This document shows positions 61,407-64,000 of a DNA stretch of 64,000 nucleotides, in pieces. The DNA is taken from positions 7,133-71,132 of IMG/VR virus record IMGVR_UViG_3300047548_001818; one strand, 5' to 3'. A program made the position numbers and the translations under genes. Every line of letters begins with the position of its first letter. Within the stretch, counting starts at the first letter, position 1. The stretch comes from a virus. The notes beneath the pieces are model-generated. The model did no database searches and was not told where the DNA came from. It was given only the letters and a program-made list of their open reading frames with translations.

Positions 61407-61596
61407 TAATGATGAATTGATTTACCGCGCATGGCGTGACTCCGAATCGTATCAAATACCAGTGACCGAAGAAGGTCAAAAGTTGGCAGATATTCGTTAC
61501 CGTGCATTTAAGAAAGGTTGGGCATATGCACAATTCTATGCAAAACATGGTGACATTTATATGAAAGATTATCTGGAATATGGTGAGGAAGAATAA
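61384..61596 (+). CDS. small hypothetical protein (70 aa)
   Basis: ORF only. Confidence 0.35.
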   Translation: MKRWKMNDNDELIYRAWRDSESYQIPVTEEGQKLADIRYRAFKKGWAYAQFYAKHGDIYMKDYLEYGEEE

Positions 61597-61901
61597 TGGA
61601 AGTTTTAATCATAGCCATCTATAATCTATTTCTAGTTGGCGGTACCGCATATCTAGTGGCATTATATGACTGGAGCCCATGGTGGTTTATTCTCACATTT
61701 CTGCTATTAGCAAACACGAGGTCAAATAATGAACGATGAAAAAAGTATTTTTCTTATTATGATTGCTCTACTAATGGCATTTATGTTGTTTTATTTCTTT
61801 GGAGTATATCGAGAAAATAAAAGAATCTATGATAATTGTTTGCTGAATAATGGTGAATTAGTTCATAATGAGGCAAAGAAAATTTGTTATGAGGTCATAA
61901 A

Positions 61902-62105
61902 ATGAGTGAAGAAGAATATGATGTTGTTACTGATGTGCTGACAAAACACAGAGATAAACTACAAGAAATGACCAATGCAAATCTAAAGTCTGAATATATC
62001 GGTTGGAATATTATGGACGATATTCGTGAGAAACAAATCTATCAAATCAACCAATGCCTCACAATGTGGAAAGAATGGAACAGAATTAATTTGGATGACG
62101 AATAG
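61902..62105 (+). CDS. small hypothetical protein (67 aa)
   Basis: ORF only. Confidence 0.35.
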   Translation: MSEEEYDVVTDVLTKHRDKLQEMTNANLKSEYIGWNIMDDIREKQIYQINQCLTMWKEWNRINLDDE

Positions 62106-62107
62106 AA

Positions 62108-62317
62108 ATGAACGTATCAACAACTCAACTATATGAAGAAAATCTGAAGCTCAAAGAAGAACTAAAACAATATCAAAAAGATATTCAGGTTTTTATTCCC
62201 AAAGAACAATTTGATGCAGTATTGGTAAAAACTAATATCGAACTAATTCAACGTGTCAATCGTTTAATTGAACTGCTAGAATCTAAAGAAGATAGCATAA
62301 CACAAATTAAATTATGA
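62108..62317 (+). CDS. small coiled-coil hypothetical protein (69 aa)
   Basis: ORF only. Confidence 0.35.
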   Translation: MNVSTTQLYEENLKLKEELKQYQKDIQVFIPKEQFDAVLVKTNIELIQRVNRLIELLESKEDSITQIKL

Positions 62318-62544
62318 GATATTTCAGTTACAATGAATATGATCCTGAAAGCCCGAAGGCTGATGAAACCGGAGGATATGTTGTAACTTTATCCGAGGAA
62401 GATATTCGCAAGGAATACTGGCCATATTGGTACGGTAAAATGTGTGAGAAGTTTGACAAAAAAACCGTGGATCAAAATTATTCTTTTGAGGATTGTCTAG
62501 ATGATTGGTGTGTAGTTCATTGGGCATGGGAAGTAAAAAGTTAG
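62314..62544 (+). CDS. small hypothetical protein (76 aa)
   Basis: ORF only. Confidence 0.35.
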   Translation: MRYFSYNEYDPESPKADETGGYVVTLSEEDIRKEYWPYWYGKMCEKFDKKTVDQNYSFEDCLDDWCVVHWAWEVKS

Positions 62545-62615
62545 AACTTTCTACTGACTTGCCATTTTCTCCAGAAGTGGTAGAATACGTACATCAAATT
62601 TTGAAAGGAAGAAAA

Positions 62616-62852
62616 ATGCCTTATGTGACCGTCGATGTGGATGTTGATTATTATGAAGTTCTGGATCAAATGAATGACGATGATCTTATTGATGAATTGA
62701 AACGTCGAGGTGTGGATTATAACACCAAGTATGTTGGCGGTGATGCAATGCGTGAATTGCTGGAAACTATTTGGCTCAATCGCCGTAACGGTAAACCGTT
62801 TGATGCTGAACTTGATAAACTCATTTATGGTGTTCTTGGTAAGGTGATTTAA
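62616..62852 (+). CDS. small hypothetical protein (78 aa)
   Basis: AGGAAG RBS then MPYVTVDVDVDYYEV. The track ORF starts earlier, overlapping the upstream gene. Confidence 0.35.
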   Translation: MPYVTVDVDVDYYEVLDQMNDDDLIDELKRRGVDYNTKYVGGDAMRELLETIWLNRRNGKPFDAELDKLIYGVLGKVI

Positions 62853-62853
62853 A

Positions 62854-63081
62854 ATGAAACGATTCGGTCAAAATCAAAAGTTTCGCATTGTAATTAACGA
62901 GGTGCATTTCTATACTAACGCCAAAACTATTCGTGATGGTGTTGGTGATAATATGTTTGTGAATATGTCAATTCAAAAAGCACTCGAAGCACTTGAAGCA
63001 TATCGTGCCGCAAACAAAATTAAAACTGTTGGTCTTGCCGGTTTCTGGGAAGGTCGTAATGTTCAAATTGATATTATTTAA
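62854..63081 (+). CDS. small hypothetical protein (75 aa)
   Basis: ORF only. Confidence 0.35.
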   Translation: MKRFGQNQKFRIVINEVHFYTNAKTIRDGVGDNMFVNMSIQKALEALEAYRAANKIKTVGLAGFWEGRNVQIDII

Positions 63082-63090
63082 GGAATTAAA

Positions 63091-63489
63091 ATGGGAACTC
63101 GCTCACTCACTCTGGTTTATGATGAAGCCCGGCAGCCTATTATCAATATGTACGCGCAATGGGACGGTTATCCGTCTGGGCATGGTTTAGAATTGGCAGA
63201 ATTTTTGAATTCTATCGAAGCCGTTACAAACGGTATTCTTGTCGGTGAAAAACGCAAAACTGCAAATGGTATGGGCTGTCTTGCGGCTCAAATGGTTGCA
63301 CATTTCAAAACCGATGTTGGTTCTTTTTATTTGTATCCTGTTACTGCAAAAGATTGTGGGCAAGAATATGAATATCACATTTATCATGACCGTGTAACCA
63401 TTCGTTTTGGTAATGGAGAACAATTTTTCACAGGCCCTTGGTCAGAGTTTCTAAATTTCTGTAAAAATCCTGTAGTAACTGAAGAATGA
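63091..63489 (+). CDS. hypothetical protein (132 aa)
   Basis: AGGAAT RBS region. ORF only. Confidence 0.4.
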   Translation: MGTRSLTLVYDEARQPIINMYAQWDGYPSGHGLELAEFLNSIEAVTNGILVGEKRKTANGMGCLAAQMVAHFKTDVGSFYLYPVTAKDCGQEYEYHIYHDRVTIRFGNGEQFFTGPWSEFLNFCKNPVVTEE

Positions 63490-63797
63490 AAATTGTAATT
63501 AATGTTTGTTATGGTGGCTTCGGGCTTTCGAGAGAAGCCGTAGACCGCTATTGTGCCGAAAAAAGAATAGAACCTGGCGAATGGAATAAGACTTGGCATT
63601 TTTATTCCAATTTCCATTGCCGAGATATTCCTCGTGATGATGAATTGCTGGTTCGCCTTGTTGAGGAACTTGGTGACAAAGCCAATGGGCAATGCGCTGA
63701 ATTGAAAATCGTAGAAATTCTTGAAGGTGTAGATTGGTACATCCAAGAATATGATGGCTTAGAATGGGTTGCGGAACACCACCGCACTTGGAGTTAA
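63486..63797 (+). CDS. hypothetical protein (103 aa)
   Basis: ORF only. Confidence 0.4.
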   Translation: MKIVINVCYGGFGLSREAVDRYCAEKRIEPGEWNKTWHFYSNFHCRDIPRDDELLVRLVEELGDKANGQCAELKIVEILEGVDWYIQEYDGLEWVAEHHRTWS

Positions 63798-63798
63798 G

Positions 63799-63996
63799 AT
63801 GATAATTGTTAAGGTTAATCTAAACAAGTATCTTTATACTTTACTTGGCCGCCAAGAGTTAATAGATTCTTGGTGGCATTCTCCCAATAAAGCATTTGAA
63901 AATAAAACTCCTGATGAAGTATATCAATCAGGCGAAGAAGGTCGGGAAAAAGTTGCAAAATATATCCTAGGATTTATTGGCGCCGGCTATAGTTGA
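63799..63996 (+). CDS. small hypothetical protein (65 aa)
   Basis: GGAG RBS then MIIVKVNLNK. Confidence 0.35.
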   Translation: MIIVKVNLNKYLYTLLGRQELIDSWWHSPNKAFENKTPDEVYQSGEEGREKVAKYILGFIGAGYS

Positions 63997-64000
63997 CCGG

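Overview
This 64 kb window reads as a fragment of a large, low-GC (about 35%) T4-like myovirus genome infecting a Gram-negative host (spanins are present). T4-like DNA polymerase (gp43), UvsX, gp41 helicase, gp61-type primase and RNase H are all recognisable by direct comparison with T4 protein motifs, and several near-consensus sigma70-type early promoters are visible. The layout from left to right is:
- 160-7300 (plus 9525-9600): rubrerythrin and dCMP deaminase, then a very large tRNA array of about 29 tRNA genes with CCA encoded. The array contains embedded sigma70-like promoters, repeated leader modules and non-tRNA spacers that could hold small RNAs.
- 7611-9600: a vWA-domain protein, an ArfB-like GGQ release-factor-domain protein and a tRNA-Met.
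- 9602-13677 (minus strand): a four-gene operon of secreted, Asn/Ser/Thr-rich low-complexity proteins and membrane-anchored coiled-coil proteins.
- 14077-19348: the T4-type replication and recombination core (gp43, UvsX, gp41).
- 20404-26712: a sugar-activation and glycosyltransferase cluster, at the position where T4 carries beta-gt and gene 42.
- 26749-32976: an Rnl1-like RNA ligase, a fused HxGH nucleotidyltransferase/P-loop kinase, and highly charged K/E-rich proteins.
- 34163-36428: the lysis cassette (spanin pair, GH19 endolysin, holin candidates).
- 37088-45502: primase, ThyX, MazG-like protein, NrdA, thioredoxin, NrdB, a GIY-YIG nuclease and RNase H.
- 47287-49509: a CobT-like vWA protein.
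- 51690-54480 (minus strand): a high-GC island of nine mini-genes, each preceded by a copy of a conserved promoter plus stem-loop module.
- 54480-64000: a hyperplastic region of small early-type ORFs, including a three-member paralogous family, an SPFH lipoprotein and a Pnk-like kinase.
The best candidates for undescribed biology are the high-GC PeSL-like cassette island, the glycosylation cluster, the secreted low-complexity operon and the RNA-ligase/kinase module. Coordinates of tRNAs and small motifs were assigned by eye and may be off by 1-3 nt.
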